A stretch of DNA of 63,143 nt from Clostridia bacterium. Its GTDB lineage: Bacteria > Bacillota > Peptococcia > DRI-13 > DTU073. The stretch covers positions 1-63,143 of the forward strand of contig JAQUGH010000002.1 in assembly GCA_028684195.1 (NCBI GenBank), read 5' to 3'. Below, piece after piece: positions 22,331-30,004 of the stretch. The position numbers were made by a program, and so were the translations under genes. The notes below the pieces were generated by a model, which saw only the letters and a program-made list of their open reading frames with translations, made no database searches and was not told the DNA's origin. Position 1 is the first letter of the stretch, and each line of letters starts with the position of its first letter.

Positions 22331-22906
22331 TTATTCGGTTCTAGGTATGATTATTACATCTTCTATTCTACAACCAGCTATTTTAACAACCATATCCGAA
22401 ATCCTAATAATTTCATCTTGACGAATTTCTTTTGAAGGCATAATGATCATTACTGATTGAGATTGCACAACTGCTATCGCTCTTTTATAGCCTTTTGCAA
22501 TTAAAGTATTTTCAATTTTGGATTCCTTTTCCATAACGTCCGTAATGTTCAATAATTTTTGTTGAGCCTCTATTTTAAATTGTGATGTAGAATTAGGATT
22601 ATTAACTAAATCGTTCAATATTTCCACTTGTTCACTTCTCATTTTATCCCTATCCAAACAATATTCAATAAAAAAATCATCTTTATTTATTTCTGCATTT
22701 TCCTCTTGAGTAACAATACTAACAAGTGGTTGAGAAACTTGCTGATTTTCTGTAATAGAGGGAATACTATTATTTGTTAAATCATCTTTGCAAAGTGTAA
22801 CTTCTCTAATATTTAATGACGTTATGACAAACCACATGAATGATATACTTAAAAACATCAAACCAAAAAGTAATATGTTTTTGAAACGAATAAATATAGT
22901 CATCAA
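22331..22906 (-). CDS. spoIIIAH: Stage III sporulation protein AH
   Basis: 191 aa, N-terminal TM, last gene of the spoIIIA series. Confidence 0.8.
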   Translation of the reverse strand: MMTIFIRFKNILLFGLMFLSISFMWFVITSLNIREVTLCKDDLTNNSIPSITENQQVSQPLVSIVTQEENAEINKDDFFIEYCLDRDKMRSEQVEILNDLVNNPNSTSQFKIEAQQKLLNITDVMEKESKIENTLIAKGYKRAIAVVQSQSVMIIMPSKEIRQDEIIRISDMVVKIAGCRIEDVIIIPRTE

Positions 22907-22912
22907 AAGATA

Positions 22913-23500
22913 TCACCTGCTTTCCTTGGGAAGTATTGTAACCTTATGTGCCGGTAAATCAAACATTGACTGCACTGCCCTACTTAATGTTGCTTTTATA
23001 GAAACATCTTTTGCCCCATCAGCCACAACCAAGATTCCTTTTACTTGAGCCCCTTTTTCTTTAAGTATTAGAGGTTCACCCTGCCCTTGTGTAAAAACAA
23101 ATTCTGATTTTTCATCAGTTTCATTTGTTATGCGAGTTCCTCCCCCACTGTCTTGTTCTTCTATTGTGGATTTTTGATTCGTTATATTTTTTGCATAATC
23201 ATGCTCAGGACCTGATGCCATGGTAATAAATACTGAAACATTACCAACTCCCTCAATTTGGCTTAATATAGACGTAGCTCTTTTAGCCAAAGAATTTTCT
23301 ATATTAACTAAAGAATTTACAGTCACGTCTATATCTTCAGACAAAGATTTATCAGCTTGTTCCTGAATAGGATATTCAGTTTCTTTTATAAACAAGCTTG
23401 GTAAAACCATTAATGTTACACCAATAATAATTATTGCCACAATACCCCACATACCAAATTTACCTTTAGGATCCAATAATGATTTATAGATTTCTTTCAT
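22913..23500 (-). CDS. spoIIIAG: Stage III sporulation protein AG
   Basis: 195 aa, N-terminal TM, VKGILVVADGA motif. Confidence 0.85.
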   Translation of the reverse strand: MKEIYKSLLDPKGKFGMWGIVAIIIIGVTLMVLPSLFIKETEYPIQEQADKSLSEDIDVTVNSLVNIENSLAKRATSILSQIEGVGNVSVFITMASGPEHDYAKNITNQKSTIEEQDSGGGTRITNETDEKSEFVFTQGQGEPLILKEKGAQVKGILVVADGAKDVSIKATLSRAVQSMFDLPAHKVTILPKESR

Positions 23501-23549
23501 ACTTTCACCTTCCTTTTAAAGCTATCGTTATACCTTGTTATTAATTTAC

Positions 23550-24221
23550 TTAAGAAAAGATTACTGAAATTTGAGATTCTCTTAACCCAAAATAGTAGCA
23601 CAAGGTATCAAGAATATCGCATTTAATGGTTTCTTTCTCTTTGTCTAATACCATATTTTTATTCATTTGTTCATTTTCGATTTTTGCAATACTCGACTGC
23701 TCCTTATTTTCACCCTCCTTTTTAACTTCAACTACTTTAATTTTTATGGTTTCAACAAATTGGGGTTCTAATCTTTTATCTTCAATTTTAGAGCCAATAA
23801 TTACAGTGACTTTACTAATTTGTTCACAGGGGTTGTCTTTATTATTTGTACTATCAAATTTAACTTGCACCTCAACCTTATTTACATCCTTTATTAATTG
23901 CACCAAAGTCTTCATCTGTCCCTCAATTCTCTGTTTATAGTTTTGCCTTAATAATTTCTCATTTACTTCCTGTAATTTCTTGCTTTGCTCCAATACACTA
24001 TTATTCTTCGATAAGTTATTATATTGCCAAGTAAAGGTCTCGAAATCTTTATCCTCTGAAATAATATTTATAATAGGATTTAGTAAGGAAACCAAAACAA
24101 ATAGCCCCATAATTACTTTTATAAATCTTTGCATACTGTTAGAAGGTAAGATCATATCTAAAAAGGTTGTTAAGAGAATAATTACTACTACATTACGAAC
24201 CATGTCAATCAAAACATTCAT
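23550..24221 (-). CDS. spoIIIAF: Stage III sporulation protein AF
   Basis: 223 aa, two N-terminal TM helices, operon position. Confidence 0.8.
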   Translation of the reverse strand: MNVLIDMVRNVVVIILLTTFLDMILPSNSMQRFIKVIMGLFVLVSLLNPIINIISEDKDFETFTWQYNNLSKNNSVLEQSKKLQEVNEKLLRQNYKQRIEGQMKTLVQLIKDVNKVEVQVKFDSTNNKDNPCEQISKVTVIIGSKIEDKRLEPQFVETIKIKVVEVKKEGENKEQSSIAKIENEQMNKNMVLDKEKETIKCDILDTLCYYFGLRESQISVIFS

Positions 24222-24229
24222 AATTTCAC

Positions 24230-25411
24230 CTACCTAAGCATCACTGTAAAATTAGCTGCTCCCACGATTATTGTTATTGTCATGAAAAACATGATAGCTA
24301 CAGAAGCAACAGCCGCAAATGTCAAAAATAAACTACTGGACATATCATCTAATACTTGTGCTATTTGAGAATTACCGAGAGGTTGCAATAAAGCTGCTGC
24401 TAAATGATAAATCACCGCAATAGCTATTATTTTTAACACAGGAAAAATAACAATAATAGCTAACACAAGTACCCCTGTAATTCCGATGGCGTTTTTTAAC
24501 AACAAAGAACCACCTATAACAGCATCTAAAGCATCAGCAAACATACTTCCTGCAACGGGAACGAATGCTCCCGTTACATATTTAGCTGTTCTTAGTGTTA
24601 CCCCATCGACTACTGAACCCGCAACCCCTTCAACTGTAATTACACCAATAAAAAGTGTTAAGACCAAACCAATTCCCACTTTAGTTAATTGTTTAAAAAG
24701 GCTGGCAATCTTTGACACCTTAAAATTATCAGAAATATCATTTGCAATAGCCAAAACTGCTGTTAGAAATATAAATGGAAATATTATATTTTGGGTAAAT
24801 GCTGACATAAAGCTGAGAAATAACAAAAGAAATGGTTGAAGAAGTGCAACAGTTGTCAATCCACCCATTGCCGTCAAAAGAACCAGGAGTACAGGTAGAA
24901 GTAATTCCATAAAACTTACCATTTTTGTTATTGCAGCAAGTCCAATATCAATTGCAAGCTTAAATGATCCGATAGCTAATGTAATAATCACTAAATAACA
25001 AACAAAATATGCTAGCTTTGCAACTGTACCTTTTTCAAAAGCTGCTTGTAATGTTTGCAGTATAGAACATATCACAGCAATAATGATAAGCTTTCCAAGA
25101 AGGGATAAATTTGCTGCTACTTCACGTAAAAAATATGAAAATATATTTTTTATTACATCTTGAGGTGAAACATTCAATTCTCCACTTTTAAACCCTTCTA
25201 ATATTCGGGAGAAAGATATATTTGATAAATCAGGACTAATCTCACGGTTAACCTGGTGAATAAACTCTTCTAATCCTTCTAAATTTAAATTATTTTGCTG
25301 CTCTTCTAAAATTTGTTGAGGAGTCATATTCATTTCCTCATCTTGTGCAATTACTATTTCGGGAAATAATATTCCACACAAAACAATATATAAAATAATA
25401 ATTTTTTTCAT
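24230..25411 (-). CDS. spoIIIAE: Stage III sporulation protein AE
   Basis: 393 aa, signal peptide plus a polytopic membrane domain, operon position. Confidence 0.9.
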   Translation of the reverse strand: MKKIIILYIVLCGILFPEIVIAQDEEMNMTPQQILEEQQNNLNLEGLEEFIHQVNREISPDLSNISFSRILEGFKSGELNVSPQDVIKNIFSYFLREVAANLSLLGKLIIIAVICSILQTLQAAFEKGTVAKLAYFVCYLVIITLAIGSFKLAIDIGLAAITKMVSFMELLLPVLLVLLTAMGGLTTVALLQPFLLLFLSFMSAFTQNIIFPFIFLTAVLAIANDISDNFKVSKIASLFKQLTKVGIGLVLTLFIGVITVEGVAGSVVDGVTLRTAKYVTGAFVPVAGSMFADALDAVIGGSLLLKNAIGITGVLVLAIIVIFPVLKIIAIAVIYHLAAALLQPLGNSQIAQVLDDMSSSLFLTFAAVASVAIMFFMTITIIVGAANFTVMLR

Positions 25412-25422
25412 AATTAACCACC

Positions 25423-25809
25423 TTATGGTAAAAGACTAAGAACGGATTCTAATATTGCCACAATAATAGGTAAAGCGAGAACCATTACCAATAATTTAGC
25501 TGCAAATTCAACCTTTGTGGCTGTTGAACCTTCTCCTGCATCACGACATATTTGCGATCCGAATTCTGCAATATAAGCAATACCCATGATTTTCAAGACG
25601 GTTGTAAGATAAACAATATTAATATTAGCCTTGGAAGCAAGCTAGTTAAGAACATTTATGATTGAACCAACTTTACTTAATGTAAAGATAAAAATAATTA
25701 TTCCTGTAGTAAGACTAATTAAAACTGCCACTTCTTTGTTTCTTTCTTTAACAAATACAGCAAGCACAGTACCTATTAAACCAACTCCTACAACTTGAAG
25801 AATCTCCAT
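25423..25809 (-). pseudogene. spoIIIAD: spoIIIAD interrupted by an in-frame TAG at 25642-25644 (codon 56 of 128)
   Basis: Hand translation gives MEILQVVGVGLIGTVLAVFVKERNKEVAVLISLTTGIIIFIFTLSKVGSIINVLN*LASKANINIVYLTTVLKIMGIAYIAEFGSQICRDAGEGSTATKVEFAAKLLVMVLALPIIVAILESVLSLLP. The conserved GIAYIAEFG block is in the same frame downstream of the stop. The ORF track has no ORF here. Confidence 0.85.
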
Positions 25810-25839
25810 AACCCACCTCATATAATTTTAAAATTATGT

Positions 25840-26037
25840 TTAATACAAAAAAAACACCCCTTTTACTTCAGAAAATAATTTACCCAAAAGCTGTATTACC
25901 ATTATTAAGGCTATCGCAACACCGGCCAAAGTAGCTATAAATGCGTACTCTTCTTTTCCTGCTTGTTTTAAAAGTGTATGAAAAATGGATGTAAGAATTC
26001 CTATTCCGGCAATTTGAAATATCAACTCAATATTCAT
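25840..26037 (-). CDS. spoIIIAC: Stage III sporulation protein AC
   Basis: 65 aa, two TM helices, typical SpoIIIAC sequence. Confidence 0.85.
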   Translation of the reverse strand: MNIELIFQIAGIGILTSIFHTLLKQAGKEEYAFIATLAGVAIALIMVIQLLGKLFSEVKGVFFLY

Positions 26038-26082
26038 AGCAATGCTCCTCTTTTGTTCATTAAATATTAACGTCTACCAACA

Positions 26083-26138
26083 TTTTAATAACTTGACCAT
26101 GTAATACATTATATTGTCCAATTTTCATTTTTATGCAT
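26083..26138 (-). promoter_or_regulatory. Duplicated promoter-like block upstream of spoIIIAC (copy B)
   Basis: About 80% identical over ~56 nt to 28975-29030, which lies upstream of spoIIIAA. On the gene strand it reads GCATAAA-N13-CAATATAAT, loosely sigma-E-like. Confidence 0.4.
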
Positions 26139-26172
26139 AAAAAAGAAGAGGGAGTTTTCCCTCTTCTTTTTT
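26139..26172. terminator. Terminator hairpin between the inserted cassette and spoIIIAC
   Basis: GAAGAGGG(26145-26152)/CCCTCTTC(26159-26166) with flanking A and T runs. Confidence 0.75.
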
Positions 26173-26267
26173 AAATAGCTTCGATTAATTCCTAAAAAAA
26201 TTTAAATAATTTTATAGTATTCCATATTAATTTATAAGCTAAAATATTAATAATATGACTATAAAAA

Positions 26268-26306
26268 CATCATGTTTTTCAGCAATAGCTGATAGCTTTT
26301 CACAAC
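26268..26306 (-). pseudogene. Remnant of a paralog of the 26422-27120 gene
   Basis: The gene-strand sequence GAAAAGCTATCAGCTATTGCTGAAAAACATGATG aligns with GAAAAGCTATCAAAGATTGCTGAAAAATATGGTG inside the intact gene (about 26650-26690). It would read CEKLSAIAEKHDVF.. and then stop. Confidence 0.55.
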
Positions 26307-26354
26307 CTTATGGGAATCGTATGAGTTATAAAATTATAAAAGCCTGACCCTCTC
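26307..26354. repeat. 48-bp direct repeat, copy 1
   Basis: CTTATGGGAATCGTATGAGTTATAAAATTATAAAAGCCTGACCCTCTC; 45 of 48 nt identical to 27165-27212. Confidence 0.9.
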
Positions 26355-26421
26355 AAACTCTCAAATTACAAAAGAAATAAGAAAAACGATAATCCTACTA
26401 TCCTCATCTGTTTGACACTAT

Positions 26422-27120
26422 CTAAAGTTGGTGATCACACTCACTTTTCTTATGTGCTTTCCCTTTGGGGTTACTCTGACTCTTAGGAGTAGGTGGTTTT
26501 TTTATAATAGCTCGTAGTCTATCACCTAGTGGAACTTTTGTTTTTCCCTCTATATCGCTATTAATACTCTTAAGCAAAGCTTCTTTAAAATCTTTAATAT
26601 CTTCATTACGCAAGCCGTTATTTTCATCTAGTCTTATTACAGCACCATATTTTTCAGCAATCTTTGATAGCTTTTCACTAGTTAAGGTACGATTATATGG
26701 AGAGTCTCCTTTTTCATGACTAACAAGTACGTCAATTTGATTATCATATTCTGACCATTTTTTATGTGTTATTTTTTTATCTTGAAAAGCTTTGTATATT
26801 TTGCTTTTTATGTCAGACCAATAATCTTTGCTTTCAATATGTTTGTTAATTAATTCAGGAACAATTGTATTAAAATCATTTTTAAATCGTAATAAATCAT
26901 TAGTCTTTTCCTTAAAAGCATAAGGGGATTTATTATTTCTTTTTGCAAATGAGTTCGCAAAAAATTGCAAATCATTTAATGCGAGACCTTTGATATCACT
27001 GTTATCCGATTCTTTTAGTAAAACAGCTACTCTTTCAGTATAAGAAAAGCCCTGAGTTTTTAAATCAGTTATTATTCTATCCCAAGGATTTACTTGTGTA
27101 CGAGAATCTTTACTTTCCAA
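26422..27120 (-). CDS. Orphan lysine-rich protein inserted inside the spoIIIA operon (gene X)
   Basis: ORF-track ORF 26422..27150. GGAGG lies 10 nt before the in-frame TTG at 27120, so the start is uncertain. No family recognised. Basic C-terminal tail KKPPTPKSQSNPKGKAHKK. Confidence 0.55.
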   Translation of the reverse strand: MESKDSRTQVNPWDRIITDLKTQGFSYTERVAVLLKESDNSDIKGLALNDLQFFANSFAKRNNKSPYAFKEKTNDLLRFKNDFNTIVPELINKHIESKDYWSDIKSKIYKAFQDKKITHKKWSEYDNQIDVLVSHEKGDSPYNRTLTSEKLSKIAEKYGAVIRLDENNGLRNEDIKDFKEALLKSINSDIEGKTKVPLGDRLRAIIKKPPTPKSQSNPKGKAHKKSECDHQL

Positions 27121-27164
27121 TATTGTAGAACCTCCCTCTGCTTTACACAAAAACTTTTATCAGT

Positions 27165-27212
27165 CTTATGAGTATCGTATGAGTTATAAAATTATAAAAG
27201 CCTGACCCCCTC
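27165..27212. repeat. 48-bp direct repeat, copy 2
   Basis: CTTATGAGTATCGTATGAGTTATAAAATTATAAAAGCCTGACCCCCTC, immediately upstream (gene sense) of gene X. Contains TATAAT on the gene strand. Confidence 0.9.
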
Positions 27213-27277
27213 GTTTACCTTTATTCATTTTCATAATATAGATTAATAATATTTAGTTAAATATATCATATTTTAGT

Positions 27278-27320
27278 TATAAAATGCAAGTGAAATTTTG
27301 CTCATTTCACTTGCATTTTA
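27278..27320 (-). terminator. Terminator after spoIIIAB
   Basis: 15-bp perfect stem AAATGCAAGTGAAAT(27282-27296)/ATTTCACTTGCATTT(27304-27318), followed on the minus strand by TTTTAT. Confidence 0.75.
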
Positions 27321-27343
27321 TCTGAATAGCTAACCACCGCTAA
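27318..27343 (-). repeat. 26-nt intergenic motif, copy 1
   Basis: Plus strand TTATCTGAATAGCTAACCACCGCTAA; gene strand TTAGCGGTGGTTAGCTATTCAGATAA. Lies 28 nt after the spoIIIAB stop. Confidence 0.8.
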
Positions 27344-27370
27344 CTTTGCACAGATTCAACAAATTTCACT

Positions 27371-27889
27371 TTATAGCAAGATGAGTACAATTACAGCACC
27401 CGTACATATGCCTAAGTACTGCCACATTTTTTGATTTTTCTTTTGTTCTTCTTCCACTGATTTTTCTACCATATACAATTGTTTTTTTGTTAATGCAATA
27501 TTTTTAAGCTGTTCCTCTTTATCAGAACATCCTAATCCGTGACCAAAAACATTTAATAATTCTTTTTCTTCCTTTGTTAAAGGTACTTTATTGGACAGTG
27601 TTATAATACCTTCATTCCATGCTTCACTGGCAGTTATTCCATTTTTCCTATGTAACATTGTAGCTGCTTTTGCAAATAAGGAACCGCAATCCTTGTTAAT
27701 CTTCATTCCTACTCTTTCCAATGCCAAAGGTAAAGGAGTAGAAGAATAGTTTATTTCAGTTTCAAGTAAAGAAAATCCGTTTTGCAAAAAACGAAATAAT
27801 TCAACCCTTTTACTATAGATATGGGCAATTTTAAAACCAATATAACCACAACCACCAATAATACAAAAAGCGCCAAACATTTTTAACAC
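27371..27889 (-). CDS. spoIIIAB: Stage III sporulation protein AB
   Basis: 172 aa, N- and C-terminal TM helices, follows spoIIIAA. Confidence 0.85.
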   Translation of the reverse strand: MLKMFGAFCIIGGCGYIGFKIAHIYSKRVELFRFLQNGFSLLETEINYSSTPLPLALERVGMKINKDCGSLFAKAATMLHRKNGITASEAWNEGIITLSNKVPLTKEEKELLNVFGHGLGCSDKEEQLKNIALTKKQLYMVEKSVEEEQKKNQKMWQYLGICTGAVIVLILL

Positions 27890-27893
27890 GAGA

Positions 27894-28961
27894 TCAGATC
27901 CCCTCTAATGTTTTCCCATCAATAACAGTTTCTAATGTTCCTACACCTTTTCTTCTACTCAATACAATAATTCTGTCAAAAAACCTCCAATTTATCAGCT
28001 CCTTGAGATTAGGTCTTCCCTTTATTTCCTCATAATTTCCACCATGTACAGTAGTAATAACAGTTACTCCTGCTTGTAAGGCATTATATATTGAATCAAT
28101 ATCTTCTTTCTTCCCTATTTCATCAGTAGCAATAACTCGTGGTGACATTGATCTTATTAACATCATCATGCCTTGAGATTTTGGACAAGCATCTAAGATA
28201 TCTGTTCTTAAACCAATTTGGAATTGTGGTTTACCTTGATAAACACCAGCTATTTCTGATCTTTCATCAACAAGCCCTACATTTACTCCTTGAAACCCAA
28301 TTTTACTAATTCCATCACTAATTTGCCTAACAATATCTCTAAGAAGAGTGGTTTTTCCACATTGAGGCGGTGAAATAATCAAAGTGTGATAAATTTGGTC
28401 ATTATTAATAATATGCGGTATGATTTTATCGGCACATCCTAGTACCTGTCTACCTATTCTATAATTTATACCTGAGATATCTTTTATTGTTTTGATATTT
28501 CCTTTATCTAAAACACATTTTCCAACAAACCCAACTCGATGACCACCAGGTATTGTTATATATCCATTTTTAAATTCATCCTCCCAAGCGTATAGTGAAT
28601 TTTGACTCAGTAACTGTACCGTTCTGTCAATTTCCTCCTTGTTAATCAAATATCCCTTTTCAAGATTAAAAGTTAATTGTTTTTGAGATGTTACAGTCAT
28701 TTCTTTTAAACCTGTCCGAAAAATAATAGGTTGATTAATTCTTAATCGAATTTCTTCAAATTCTCCAATAAAAGATTGTAAACAGTCAATAACTAATTCT
28801 TGAATATTAGGAGATAGTGCCTGAAACCAACTTAGTGAATATATTTTAAGAGGTGACACAGATATAATACTTTTCTTAATTTCAGTAGGATGTGTAGTAA
28901 CATTTTCCTTGTTTATACTTTCTTTAATATCAGCATCTTTGTTAATAAATACTTTTGCCAT
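27894..28961 (-). CDS. spoIIIAA: Stage III sporulation protein AA (secretion-type ATPase)
   Basis: 355 aa, Walker A PPQCGKTTLLRD, Walker B IATDEIG. Confidence 0.9.
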   Translation of the reverse strand: MAKVFINKDADIKESINKENVTTHPTEIKKSIISVSPLKIYSLSWFQALSPNIQELVIDCLQSFIGEFEEIRLRINQPIIFRTGLKEMTVTSQKQLTFNLEKGYLINKEEIDRTVQLLSQNSLYAWEDEFKNGYITIPGGHRVGFVGKCVLDKGNIKTIKDISGINYRIGRQVLGCADKIIPHIINNDQIYHTLIISPPQCGKTTLLRDIVRQISDGISKIGFQGVNVGLVDERSEIAGVYQGKPQFQIGLRTDILDACPKSQGMMMLIRSMSPRVIATDEIGKKEDIDSIYNALQAGVTVITTVHGGNYEEIKGRPNLKELINWRFFDRIIVLSRRKGVGTLETVIDGKTLEGI

Positions 28962-28974
28962 TAGAATCGCTCCT

Positions 28975-29030
28975 TTTTAACAACTTGACCAAGTATTATA
29001 ATATATTGTCCCATTGCTATTTTTATGCAA
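28975..29030 (-). promoter_or_regulatory. Promoter-like block upstream of spoIIIAA (copy A)
   Basis: Gene strand GCATAAA-N13-CAATATATT followed by GGTCAAGTTGTTAAAAAGGAG and the ATG. Duplicated at 26083-26138. Confidence 0.4.
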
Positions 29031-29032
29031 AT

Positions 29033-29068
29033 AAAAAAACAAGGGGAATTATATTTCTCCTTGTTTTT
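29033..29068. terminator. Terminator hairpin after gene Y
   Basis: ACAAGGGGA(29039-29047)/TCTCCTTGT(29056-29064) with an A-run and a T-run. Confidence 0.7.
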
Positions 29069-29094
29069 GAAAATTAATATTGTATTATCGTAAG

Positions 29095-29868
29095 TTATTT
29101 TTCATTTTTTATATGATGTATTTTTGGCTGTTTAGCTTTATGTCTTCCTCCTCGACCAAAAATTCTTGATGTAAATACACCTCCGTTATTTTTAAATTCG
29201 TTTTGAATATGATTTATCACCATTTGTACAAACCTAGTTAAATTTTGCGGATTACTCTTTATATCAAGATTTCCATATTTTTGAGCATACATTCTTAATC
29301 TTTCAGTTTCTTTTGGATTAAGATTATTCATATCACCTTTGTCACCGTTGCATTTTTCCAGTAATTTTATTATTCGCCTTTGCTCTGTATATTGTGTTAC
29401 ACTTATTGACCTATTTTTCATACTGTCATACAAAGTATTAGTGCTAGTGCTAATAACAGATAATAATTTATTATTATTTAATTTACATCTTACTCTACGC
29501 CAATCAATTTTATTTCTAGTATTCGCTAGAATAATATTAACCTTTTCTTTAAGTTCTTTTTTATAGTACTTAAGACGTGCATTATCATAAGTTGTTACTT
29601 TAATACCATATTCTTTTTTACACTTAATATATTCATCAATCATGGCACGATTTTTTCTTATAATCCATTTGCATTTTTCTGTTTTGAATTCATTTACAGA
29701 TATCCCACGTTCATTACAAAACTCTTTTATATCAGCTTCGGTTGAAAAATCATTAAAATTAATCATATATGGATTTCTTAACTCATAATATTTTGCTAGT
29801 TTTTCATATTTCTTTTCTAATGATATTTTAAACTGTAATCGATCCCCAAAGTATACAGGGTTTTGCAT
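29095..29868 (-). CDS. Orphan lysine-rich protein upstream of spoIIIAA (gene Y)
   Basis: 257-aa ORF with terminators on both sides. No family recognised. Basic tail GRGGRHKAKQPKIHHIKNEK. Confidence 0.55.
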   Translation of the reverse strand: MQNPVYFGDRLQFKISLEKKYEKLAKYYELRNPYMINFNDFSTEADIKEFCNERGISVNEFKTEKCKWIIRKNRAMIDEYIKCKKEYGIKVTTYDNARLKYYKKELKEKVNIILANTRNKIDWRRVRCKLNNNKLLSVISTSTNTLYDSMKNRSISVTQYTEQRRIIKLLEKCNGDKGDMNNLNPKETERLRMYAQKYGNLDIKSNPQNLTRFVQMVINHIQNEFKNNGGVFTSRIFGRGGRHKAKQPKIHHIKNEK

Positions 29869-29961
29869 TTAAAATCATACTTCCTTCCATTTATTATATT
29901 AGAATGTATTTTATCACTTATAGATCAATATTTCTATATATTTATAACAATAACTTTTGAA

Positions 29962-30000
29962 AATAAAACCCCCAATATGTAAACATATTGGGGGTTTTAT
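29962..30000 (-). terminator. Terminator after the CD1247-like gene
   Basis: AACCCCCAATATG(29967-29979)/CATATTGGGGGTT(29984-29996), followed by a T-run. Confidence 0.85.
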
Positions 30001-30004
30001 TTTC

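Noticed and set aside
25642-25644. TAG in spoIIIAD as evidence of stop-codon reassignment or pyrrolysine.
   Set aside because: TAG clearly functions as a stop elsewhere in the window (for example tlyA at 13856-13858, xseB at 18020-18022, and the gene ending at 61336). A small membrane protein is also not a pyrrolysine context.
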